A stretch of DNA of 64,000 bases, taken from IMG/VR virus record IMGVR_UViG_3300044617_002200, positions 1 through 64,000 of that record; one strand, written 5' to 3'. The notes beneath the pieces were generated by a model. That model ran no database searches and was not told the DNA's origin. It saw nothing but the letters and a program-made list of their open reading frames with translations. Positions 1-8,663 of the stretch are shown here, one piece after another (within the stretch, counting starts at the first letter, position 1; every line of letters begins with the position of its first letter). Source of the DNA: a virus. A program made the translations under genes and the position numbers.

Positions 1-126
1 CCGCTTGTCGAAGACGAACCGCTTGTCGAAGACGAACCGCTTGTCGAAGACGAACCGCTTGTCGAAGACGAACCGCTTGTCGAAGACGAACCGCTTGTCG
101 AAGACGAACCGCTTGTCGAAGACGAA
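1..126. repeat. 18-bp tandem repeat (CCGCTTGTCGAAGACGAA) x7 encoding SSSTSG on the minus strand
   Basis: Units start at 1, 19, 37, 55, 73, 91 and 109; in frame with the CDS starting at 1970. Confidence 0.95.
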
Positions 127-1970
127 CTACTAGAAGACGAAAATATGACATTTTCGAAACTTATAAAAACGTTACCGGCGCTAAATGAAGAGCCACCTGT
201 AGAAGACGAGCCGCTTGTCGAAGACGAACTACTAGAAGACGAAAATATGACATTTTCGAAACTTATAAAAAGATTACCGGCGCTAAATGAAGAGCTGGCA
301 AATGAAGAACTACTACTAGAAGAAATATAAGACGAACTACTAGAAGAAATATAAGACGAACTACTAGAAAAATTAACCCCTGTATTATTATCTGAATAAT
401 ATATAGAATTCTTATCAGAACCAATAAACATTCTGTTACCGCTCCAAGAAATATTTATAGATTTAGGATAAATAACTTTATTATTGTTTCTTATAGAGGA
501 AATATACCAATCTTCTCCATAATTATTGCTATAATAATAATTACCACTAATAATACCAGATTCTGCTAAGAAAATATTTTTACCGTCGTTAGATATAGAA
601 ACATCTACCCAATGCTTTGGTGAAAGTAAATTTTGATCTACATTTATATTTAAATAATTTAAATTCTTAAAAGAAGAAGAACTATTTGAAGTATACAAAA
701 GAGAATTTAAATTCGAATCTTCAAAAGTTAAACCCGCAAACCAATATTTTTTATCTTTTACGGTTTTAAATAAATCTCTGCTAGTACTGGTATTATTTAA
801 TATTAAAATATGTTTTTTTGTTTTATCTGTAAAATTAGTAACTCTTCCATCCCAGTATTCTATATTTAATAAAGTTGCTATTCTATCAATTCGGCATGCA
901 ATACCAGTAAATCTAGTGCCCGCAAAACACAACCCCACAATTTTATGAACACCATTAAAATTTGCTATTAAAACAGAGCCGCTATCTCCTCCAGAAATTG
1001 GATTTCTCGTTCCATCTCGATTTTTAAATTGAATACAATCGCCGAAATCTATTTTAAAAATCTGATCATTATAAAAATACGAAATAGTAAAAAATCCCGA
1101 AGTCCCCGTAATTTTCAAAGAACAATTTTTACCACCCTTGGCCCCAGTTGTTCGGCCAGAAGAATAAACCTCTCTGTCATAAAAAGATAAAGAATCTATT
1201 TCTTCAGAAGTAGCGAACGAGTAATAACGGCCTTCATAATTTAAGCCTAATTGTTGAAATGATTCATTTTTATCAACAATAATCTCTCCATTTTTATTTT
1301 TTTTATCTAGAGCAATAAGCCCACAGTCTACGTAATTTATTTTATCTAAACTATACGGAATAAATCTTTTAATAGTACCAATAGAATCATTCTCTAAATT
1401 TATAGGAGTACCTTCCGTCCATTGGATGATTTTTTTTTCTTTAGAATTATTCGGCAGATTATTTGTATCTGATGTATTTACAGAACAAAAAAAATCTTTC
1501 ATTAAAACATGATTATTTGTTAACCCTACCGCAGAGCCATCGTCTTTGTCCAAACAAACCATACCTAACGTACCTCTTGGTAGCATTCTAGATATTGGAT
1601 CATAATTATCTGTAAAATTAGCTACAACGATGCCTCCTTTAATAGGCCGGTGTCTCGATCTATGCTTTTTTATTTCTTGAGATATATTATATTCCCAATC
1701 ATAGCAAGCTAACGAAACAGGAGAATCTTCTTCTACTACGTCAGTTATATATCTAAGACCATCTATCCAGACTTCGGTTGGCAGTAATTCATCTTCTGGA
1801 ATATACTTTTTTATTTTTTTTACAGAAACCTTAAAGGTAATACATTCAACATTTGTAGAAATATTATTTTTTATTTTTTTGGAAAAAATTACCCCAGTAA
1901 CATAATCTGGAGTTTTTAAATACAAATCTTCTATTTTTCCTAAAAATAATTTTTTATCTCTTGATTGCAT
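1..1970 (-). CDS. Trypsin-like (S1/Nal1-like) serine protease with Asp-box segment and Ser-rich repeats; 3' end truncated by window edge
   Basis: Not in the ORF track. Hand translation from ATG at 1970: MQSRDKKLF...TDVVEE...HRPIKGG...GLTNNHV (His 1509-1511)...YVDCG (Asp 1326-1328)...SGGDSGS (Ser 981-983), all in one frame, then YYSNNYGEDW and (SSSTSG)n. Paralog of 2242..5355. Confidence 0.85.
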   Translation of the reverse strand, partial: MQSRDKKLFLGKIEDLYLKTPDYVTGVIFSKKIKNNISTNVECITFKVSVKKIKKYIPEDELLPTEVWIDGLRYITDVVEEDSPVSLACYDWEYNISQEIKKHRSRHRPIKGGIVVANFTDNYDPISRMLPRGTLGMVCLDKDDGSAVGLTNNHVLMKDFFCSVNTSDTNNLPNNSKEKKIIQWTEGTPINLENDSIGTIKRFIPYSLDKINYVDCGLIALDKKNKNGEIIVDKNESFQQLGLNYEGRYYSFATSEEIDSLSFYDREVYSSGRTTGAKGGKNCSLKITGTSGFFTISYFYNDQIFKIDFGDCIQFKNRDGTRNPISGGDSGSVLIANFNGVHKIVGLCFAGTRFTGIACRIDRIATLLNIEYWDGRVTNFTDKTKKHILILNNTSTSRDLFKTVKDKKYWFAGLTFEDSNLNSLLYTSNSSSSFKNLNYLNINVDQNLLSPKHWVDVSISNDGKNIFLAESGIISGNYYYSNNYGEDWYISSIRNNNKVIYPKSINISWSGNRMFIGSDKNSIYYSDNNTGVNFSSSSSYISSSSSSYISSSSSSSFASSSFSAGNLFISFENVIFSSSSSSSSTSGSSSTGGSSFSAGNVFISFENVIFSSSSSSSSTSGSSSTSGSSSTSGSSSTSGSSSTSGSSSTSGSSSTS
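109..295. repeat. ~85-bp direct duplication with 102-bp period (SSFSAGNxFISFENVIFSSSS)
   Basis: 109-193 and 211-295 are near-identical. Confidence 0.9.
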
Positions 1971-1976
1971 TTTAAG

Positions 1977-2174
1977 TTAATGAGTCTCTTTTTGTATTTC
2001 AAAAAATATATAAAGATCTTTAATTGATTTTGTCTCAGATGAAAAAGAATTTGACCCATTAATAGCATCTGCACTCAGATTAAAATCTTCATCGGCATTG
2101 ATATTAGTTTCTAAAAAAACTGCATCAAAATTCAAATTTTTTCTTAAATTTTCGTCATAGATATAATTTTCCAT
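1977..2174 (-). CDS. Small hypothetical protein
   Basis: 65-aa ORF filling the gap between the two proteases; preceded by GTGTAA and AGGAG. Confidence 0.7.
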   Translation of the reverse strand: MENYIYDENLRKNLNFDAVFLETNINADEDFNLSADAINGSNSFSSETKSIKDLYIFFEIQKETH

Positions 2175-2197
2175 AAAGCTCCTTATGCCTTATAAAA

Positions 2198-2203
2198 TTA
2201 CAC
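2198..2203 (-). promoter_or_regulatory. GTGTAA putative late promoter
   Basis: GTGTAA 23 nt upstream of ATG 2174. Confidence 0.6.
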
Positions 2204-2241
2204 CAAAATCCAAAAAAAATCTTTAAAGCGAATATTATATA

Positions 2242-5200
2242 TTACAAATATATTGTATTAGAGTCTTGATTTAATTTTAATATATCAAAGTTATCTATTA
2301 ACTCCTTTAAATTAAAAGAATTTGGAGAATATGGCGGCGGTTGCCATCCTGGAGGAGCGGTAGTCCCACCACCCTCTCCTAAGCAGCAACTATAAACAAC
2401 TTCATTACATTCATTCAATATTCTTACCCAAGTAACGCCTAAATGCGGGTTCGTATTTCCAGGCGAAGGAACTATAGAAATTGAAAACGATAGAGGTATT
2501 CCTGTATTAGAACCAGTATTAACTCCAGAAAAACCAAATAGAATAAAATTATCATCACTAGTTATAATTCTAGAACTATATCTATCATATTGACCATTAT
2601 ACGGGAATGGTCCTGGTCCATTATCTCTTGTTCCGGCATTATTCAACATCCCACTTAACACAGTATATCCACTGGGAGATAACTCTGTTTTCATTTTAAT
2701 GTCAAAGTCAGCTCTATTGCAAACGTGACCACCACCACAAGGATTATCTACCCCAACATTATCTCCACCAGGACCTTGACCCGAACCACTTGTAAAGATT
2801 AAGAAAGATCCAGATGCGTCATACCAACCGCTAATTAAATCATTCGGACCGCAAGGAACTGTTGGACCACCACCGCCTCCACCTCCAAGAGATTGCACAA
2901 CAATAGTTAATGTCCAAACTTCTTGTATGCCACCTCCATTTCCAGGACCCCCTCCACCATAAGTACCAGTAAATACAATTTTTGTTGTATAAGTACCAGG
3001 TGTTGTTGGCGTTCCAACAACTCTAGCAATGACAGAGTTATTAAGTCCAGCCACTGCTTCGTTGTTTATTGTAACTCCCGGACATACGTTTGGATCTTCT
3101 ATACAAACTGGTCCACTTGGAGGACAAAGTCCGCATGTTTTCAAAATAGCTCCGTTCGATATCGCTAAATTTTCAATAGCATATATTTTTTTTGTATAAT
3201 AATTAATACCCATTCTTCCTGCGGAAGAGTCTCTCGGCTCACAGCATCCGCCAGGATTAATTGCACAACTAATAGCACTAGTTAATGATACTTCTTCATT
3301 TTTATTTTTTAATTCAAATTGAGAATTATCATTTATAAGTTCAGAGACAGCTTCTTTAGATAGAAAAAATTCATTTCCATTAATTGATAAAGGATAATTT
3401 TTGCCAGATTTTGATCTAGCATATATAAAACAACGTTCTCCATCGTCGATTTTTATTGATGAAGTAGGATCTGGCTGAGGCACGATATGAAAGAAAAACC
3501 CACTACCACCGCTACCTATTGATCCAGATAATCCACTTTTTAAAATTGCTGTAGAAGGATTATAGCCAGCTGGAAGTGGAGCTTCTTCAAAAAATAACCA
3601 TTGCTTATTTGGTGTATGTCCAGGACCAGACTCATAAGTTAATTTAAAATCTATCGAATCAGGGCCTGGATTTATAATTCCACTTTCTAAAGAAATTCTG
3701 CAAGGAAAAGGCGGTTCATTAATAAATACAGATTCCGCATGAAAGGTATTAAATTCTAAAAGACCGTCTCCTACAAAACATGGAGGAAGTATTCTTTCGG
3801 GCGGATAGCAAACTGCATCGCTAGGATCACCCTGGTTATGCACATAAATAGTCTCCACTTTATAACCCACCAATCCCTGACCAACGACAGGAGTACAAAA
3901 AGGGTTGTCTCCAGAACATGCTAATCTGTTATTTATATTATCCCAATATTCCTGAGAACCAGTTGGGTATATATTATTATTAGCAGACCCGATACCCGCT
4001 TGATAAAAAGTAACACCATTGAAATCAAAATAATCACCTTTAAAATCTTTTGGAGCCACAACAATAGTTCCTTTTTTCATTGTGTCTACACCTAAAGGTC
4101 TACCATCCCATTGGCTAATATTCAAAGCTTTTTGGACATTATCAATTCTACAGGCATACCCTATAGCACGAGTTGAACTAATCGTACCAGCAAAAATCAA
4201 CCCGACTACTTTAAAGACAGAACCAAATTTTGCTAATAGAAAAGAACCTGAATCTCCTCCAGCAACTGCCATTCCTTGGCCATCTGCATAGTCTACCTCT
4301 ATAAGATCAGAATAATAAAGATCTACTGTTGAACCTTGTGATTGAACTTTTAAAGGACCAATACTAACAGTAACTCCAACTCTAGTTATTTTTAAACCAC
4401 AAGACTCGTTTTTAGGACCTGTTCTTGCTCCAGCACTGATAGCCACTGCATTCAAACAACTATTAATTTCTTGAGTTGTTGCAAATGGCACATTAGTAAC
4501 ATTGGCTGGTAAAATACCGAGTTGAAGATTAGATACTCCGCTCGTTAATAAAGAACTACTACCTAAGGTACATATAGCGGCATCCACAGTATTCATCACA
4601 TAACAAGTTGGAGTACTGGCGGCTGAAGGAGTATATTTTTTGGGACGACCGATAACCGCTGTTCCAGTTGTAACGACACTATTAGTTGAATCTTGAAGAA
4701 CAACTTGATCATAACCGCTAATAAAAGTTCCATTACTTGCCCATACATTCCCCTGTATAGTCCATCTTTGAACAGCAACGTTATCGTATATATTGTATAT
4801 TTCTTTAGCGAGGCTTCTATTGTGAGCGTAAGTATAATCTTTCACTATTACGTGAGCATTTGTTAACCCAACAACAGTGTTTGTATCATTATCTACGACT
4901 AAACCTCCCAAAGTACCTCCAAACCTATTAAATATTTGGTTTTGATTCGTTCCTCCGTTGCCGTCCAAGAAAGCGTTAGTATACATGTTCAAGACATGAA
5001 TACCACCTATCAAAGGCCTATGTGCCCTTCTATGTTCTGCTACGTTAAAAGGAGTAGGAGTAGCATCAAAATTATTGCAAGTAACTAAAAATTCGGCAAA
5101 CCCTCTTTCTACCACATCAGTTTTAAGCTTTTGTCCTTGTAAATAAACATATTCTGGAATTAAATCTCTGTCATCTATAACACTTAAGGGTCTTTTTTTA

Positions 5201-5355
5201 TGAACAAAATAAGTTAAACTCAATTCGTTCGTTTCGACCCCACTAACAATTTTATTACCAATACCAAATCCGTGAATATTAGGAGATGTTTCACGCATCA
5301 ACCCTGCGAACTCTTCGGTTAAACTTTCTCTGTCGTTTAATAAACTTATCTCCAT
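2242..5355 (-). CDS. Multidomain trypsin-like (S1/Nal1-like) serine protease with Cys/Pro/Gly-rich and Ig-like C-terminal modules
   Basis: Triad motifs GLTNAHV, TVDAA, GGDSGS; VVGLIFAG; GTPTTPGTY resembles a putative Ig repeat. Confidence 0.85.
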   Translation of the reverse strand: MEISLLNDRESLTEEFAGLMRETSPNIHGFGIGNKIVSGVETNELSLTYFVHKKRPLSVIDDRDLIPEYVYLQGQKLKTDVVERGFAEFLVTCNNFDATPTPFNVAEHRRAHRPLIGGIHVLNMYTNAFLDGNGGTNQNQIFNRFGGTLGGLVVDNDTNTVVGLTNAHVIVKDYTYAHNRSLAKEIYNIYDNVAVQRWTIQGNVWASNGTFISGYDQVVLQDSTNSVVTTGTAVIGRPKKYTPSAASTPTCYVMNTVDAAICTLGSSSLLTSGVSNLQLGILPANVTNVPFATTQEINSCLNAVAISAGARTGPKNESCGLKITRVGVTVSIGPLKVQSQGSTVDLYYSDLIEVDYADGQGMAVAGGDSGSFLLAKFGSVFKVVGLIFAGTISSTRAIGYACRIDNVQKALNISQWDGRPLGVDTMKKGTIVVAPKDFKGDYFDFNGVTFYQAGIGSANNNIYPTGSQEYWDNINNRLACSGDNPFCTPVVGQGLVGYKVETIYVHNQGDPSDAVCYPPERILPPCFVGDGLLEFNTFHAESVFINEPPFPCRISLESGIINPGPDSIDFKLTYESGPGHTPNKQWLFFEEAPLPAGYNPSTAILKSGLSGSIGSGGSGFFFHIVPQPDPTSSIKIDDGERCFIYARSKSGKNYPLSINGNEFFLSKEAVSELINDNSQFELKNKNEEVSLTSAISCAINPGGCCEPRDSSAGRMGINYYTKKIYAIENLAISNGAILKTCGLCPPSGPVCIEDPNVCPGVTINNEAVAGLNNSVIARVVGTPTTPGTYTTKIVFTGTYGGGGPGNGGGIQEVWTLTIVVQSLGGGGGGGPTVPCGPNDLISGWYDASGSFLIFTSGSGQGPGGDNVGVDNPCGGGHVCNRADFDIKMKTELSPSGYTVLSGMLNNAGTRDNGPGPFPYNGQYDRYSSRIITSDDNFILFGFSGVNTGSNTGIPLSFSISIVPSPGNTNPHLGVTWVRILNECNEVVYSCCLGEGGGTTAPPGWQPPPYSPNSFNLKELIDNFDILKLNQDSNTIYL

Positions 5356-5366
5356 ATAATTAATAA

Positions 5367-5372
5367 TTACAC
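5367..5372 (-). promoter_or_regulatory. GTGTAA putative late promoter
   Basis: GTGTAATTATTAATTATATG; 11 nt from start 5355. Confidence 0.65.
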
Positions 5373-5379
5373 CTCTTGT

Positions 5380-8300
5380 CTAAAAAAAACCTTGGTTTCC
5401 AATTGAAAAAAAACAGGTGGGTCTAAAAAATTGTATAGAATCATAAGTTTTTCTTGTATAAAAATTGTTTGATAATGGATTGTCATAGTCTGGAGGACGA
5501 GAATCATTAGAATTTTTATTTAGATAATTAAAATTACCAACTAATGCGTATCTATATAAAAGATTGCCGTAAATATTTCCGATTGCTAAAGAATCTAATT
5601 CGGAATTATTTTCTGAATCTATAAAACCTACAGTTACACCTTCTGCATAAATATCTAATTTTGTCCAACCATATCTTTTAATTCTTTTTACAGAACCATC
5701 TAAAGGAGTAGAGAAATTACGCAAGCCGTTGCCTCCTGCCCCATTGACTATATAATATATATTTTTTTTCTTTTCTAATAGTCGTTTTTCAAATCTCTCA
5801 TAATTTTTTGAAAAACCGTTAAAAATAATATCTGCAGAATTTAAATTCCATCCGTTTTCAGAATTTAAATCATAATATCCATAATTATACGATTCAGATG
5901 TAAATGGCGGATGATTAAATAACACAAATTTAAATGGATATTCTGAATTAGAAATTGCGTTATTAAACCACGTTTTTTGTATAGATCGATATGTTTCGTT
6001 ATGTTTACTAGACACTGATTCTCCTTTTCCAGCGCCTTCAGAAATAAGTCCACAACGAGAATTACCTCCTGTTATAGGATCGCTATCAAGTACAAAAAAA
6101 TGACAAGGCCCAATTTTAAGCTCGTAATACTTTCTACTATTAGAAGTATTTTTTATTAAATTATTTAATATTAAATTAAAATAACTTAAATATATATCTC
6201 CGAAACCATCTACTCCATCATAATCTTTTTCACCCAAAACAGGATAAAAATTTGAAACAGAAGTTGGAGAGACATCTTTAAACACAAACCTACAAGAATT
6301 AATACCCGTGGGTAAATAAATTTTTCCCTTTTCAATTATATCTATATCAGAAGATTTACGGTAATATTCTATAAATTCTCTATTTGGCTTTTTAACTTCT
6401 ATGGATAAAAAAGAAGGTTTATAATTTTCTAAAAATTCAATATAATAACCTGTCAAATAATTATTAAAAATATTATTTTTTTCATAACCTAAAAATATAT
6501 CTTCCTCTGCTCCATCTTTAGATAAAACGGCCATGTCGGTTAATTCATTTTTTGTAAAAGCTCTCCAAGCTAAAAAAGGGTTGTAATCTTTACTAAAAAT
6601 TACTTCTCCGTCGTTATTAGAGTAAGAATTTAAATTTGGAATAAAATCATTTACATTAGCAGGTAAGCTTATATCAATACTATCATATAAGTAAAAAGAA
6701 TCTATGTTCAATAAAGGAGCTGATCCAGAAACATAATTCTTATGAGGCCATTTTTTAGATTCATTAATTTCATACTGCAAATATTTAAATGGTTTGGGGT
6801 CATTAATTCTAAAATACTTCTTCGAAGAAGAATACCAATTATTATTCAATTCAGAATCTGAGTAAATCCTACTATCTAAAGTAACCCAGGTAGTTAAATT
6901 TTGAGAACCTTTTAAAGAAGTTGATAAAGGATAAAAAGAAGAATTATAATCAAGTCCTATTTCGTAATATTTCGCAACAGGAGAAACATTTAATTCATCT
7001 TTAAATTCAATTCTGATATATCCTGTCTGATTTTCAGAAGTCGTCCATGATTGAGAATCAGATATGTTTCTTAAATCTTTTTCTATAAATAAATTCTGAA
7101 CTAAATTAGTGTTTTCAGACGCAGTAATAGTTATATTAGAACCAGTTAAAGATTGCGGTATTACATGCCTTAGAAGCGTTCCTGTTGAACTTTCAGAAAA
7201 TATTAATTTATTTTTTAGATCTGCAACTCCAGATTCTCCAGAGTAAATAAAACCGCTTATATATTTATTTTCTACCAACACATATTTATCATATTCCTGA
7301 ATATTAGGAATATTAGGCACTCCCGAGGAAGGCGGACTCCAAAATCTTTCATCAAGATTAAAGCAATAAAAACCAGTATAAAAAATATTTTTATTAAAAA
7401 AACCGGTACCAATTCCGGTATTTACGACATCATTGTAAATACCACTCAAAGCAGTTACAGAAGAAAAATCAATGTTTCTACTTTTGAATATAAATTCTGA
7501 AGAACTAACTTCTTCTTCTTCTAAAGAAACTGCATTTATTTTTGTTCCGCTAGAAGGGAATCCCACTGCAAATCCCCCATAAAACGGCAAATCATATTCG
7601 TAATTTATATTACCGGTAGCATAAAAAAGTCTATTTTGAATTATATTATCAAAACTTCCTGTAGCAGGAACGCCATAGAAGTTTGAATTAGAACTTTTAC
7701 CATCGCCCTTTAAATTACCTGATAAATAATCAAAACCATAAACAAAACCACTAAAAGAACCGCTAGCGAAGCCGGTCGCTTCATAATAATCTAAAATTAC
7801 TTCTCCAGTATTACCATAAATAGGATAGACAGAAAAACTAACTGTCTCAGGTTTAGGTATTATAGATCTTAATTCGTAATTATAAAAGTAACCAGAAGTA
7901 TTATTATTATCTATAAAAGTTAATCCAGTGAAACCAGCTAAAAATTCCAAATAATAAATTGGATCTTTAGTAAATTGCATCTCAAAATCTTGAGAAATAT
8001 TGCCGAAATTAGTTCTTAAAAATAATCTTGGTCTAACAACTGTTCCAGCCAAGCCAGCCAATCTCCCTGTTCCAAAAATAAAATCTAAAATTATATTACC
8101 GCTAGATAAACCATTCACTAATTCTGGATATATTTCATTTTTAATTCCAAAAATACCACCAGCATTGAATAAATCTCCGGAAAAAATCTTAAAAGTTTTA
8201 TTTGATTCCTCTGATAGGTTTGAGATATAACCGGTAACATCTTGCCCTACAGGAATTTTATACGGAAAATTTATAGAATAAGAAGGTTTCAATCCTTGAA

Positions 8301-8661
8301 TAGTTAAATCGAAGTCAATTGGAGTTCTATCTGTTTCAATTAAAAAATTATTGTAATAATCACCTCGGAAAGGCGTATATAAACAAACTGGAGTACCCTG
8401 AATAAAATAATTTAAGAAATCATTTCCTAAATTTCCTGAAATAGAAATAATTTCATTAGGATTATAAGACCAAACATGGTTCTGGTCATAATCAAAAATT
8501 TTTCCACTCTCGAATTTAAATATAATAGTTTCTAATTCCGAATTTTTAGAAAAACCAATATTACTAATCCCGGTGACATTGCCAAATGAAGCTTCAAAAA
8601 GAAAAGTAAGCTCGTTACTTCCCGGTATGCTTCTATATAATACACCAGAATCTATTTGCAT
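5380..8661 (-). CDS. Tail-associated protein with discoidin/F5-8-like segments and a C-terminal degenerate metallophosphoesterase
   Basis: LKGSQNLTTWVTLD and AWRAF are discoidin-like; C-terminal GPCHFFVLDS, NHPPF, YIVNGAGG; lies in the tail-tip module. Confidence 0.65.
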   Translation of the reverse strand: MQIDSGVLYRSIPGSNELTFLFEASFGNVTGISNIGFSKNSELETIIFKFESGKIFDYDQNHVWSYNPNEIISISGNLGNDFLNYFIQGTPVCLYTPFRGDYYNNFLIETDRTPIDFDLTIQGLKPSYSINFPYKIPVGQDVTGYISNLSEESNKTFKIFSGDLFNAGGIFGIKNEIYPELVNGLSSGNIILDFIFGTGRLAGLAGTVVRPRLFLRTNFGNISQDFEMQFTKDPIYYLEFLAGFTGLTFIDNNNTSGYFYNYELRSIIPKPETVSFSVYPIYGNTGEVILDYYEATGFASGSFSGFVYGFDYLSGNLKGDGKSSNSNFYGVPATGSFDNIIQNRLFYATGNINYEYDLPFYGGFAVGFPSSGTKINAVSLEEEEVSSSEFIFKSRNIDFSSVTALSGIYNDVVNTGIGTGFFNKNIFYTGFYCFNLDERFWSPPSSGVPNIPNIQEYDKYVLVENKYISGFIYSGESGVADLKNKLIFSESSTGTLLRHVIPQSLTGSNITITASENTNLVQNLFIEKDLRNISDSQSWTTSENQTGYIRIEFKDELNVSPVAKYYEIGLDYNSSFYPLSTSLKGSQNLTTWVTLDSRIYSDSELNNNWYSSSKKYFRINDPKPFKYLQYEINESKKWPHKNYVSGSAPLLNIDSFYLYDSIDISLPANVNDFIPNLNSYSNNDGEVIFSKDYNPFLAWRAFTKNELTDMAVLSKDGAEEDIFLGYEKNNIFNNYLTGYYIEFLENYKPSFLSIEVKKPNREFIEYYRKSSDIDIIEKGKIYLPTGINSCRFVFKDVSPTSVSNFYPVLGEKDYDGVDGFGDIYLSYFNLILNNLIKNTSNSRKYYELKIGPCHFFVLDSDPITGGNSRCGLISEGAGKGESVSSKHNETYRSIQKTWFNNAISNSEYPFKFVLFNHPPFTSESYNYGYYDLNSENGWNLNSADIIFNGFSKNYERFEKRLLEKKKNIYYIVNGAGGNGLRNFSTPLDGSVKRIKRYGWTKLDIYAEGVTVGFIDSENNSELDSLAIGNIYGNLLYRYALVGNFNYLNKNSNDSRPPDYDNPLSNNFYTRKTYDSIQFFRPTCFFSIGNQGFF

Positions 8662-8663
8662 TT

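Noticed and set aside
1-360. Repeats as a CRISPR array, and the plus-strand ORF 145..330
   Set aside because: Units are contiguous with no spacers and are in frame with a Ser-rich minus-strand CDS; the plus-strand ORF is its antisense shadow.
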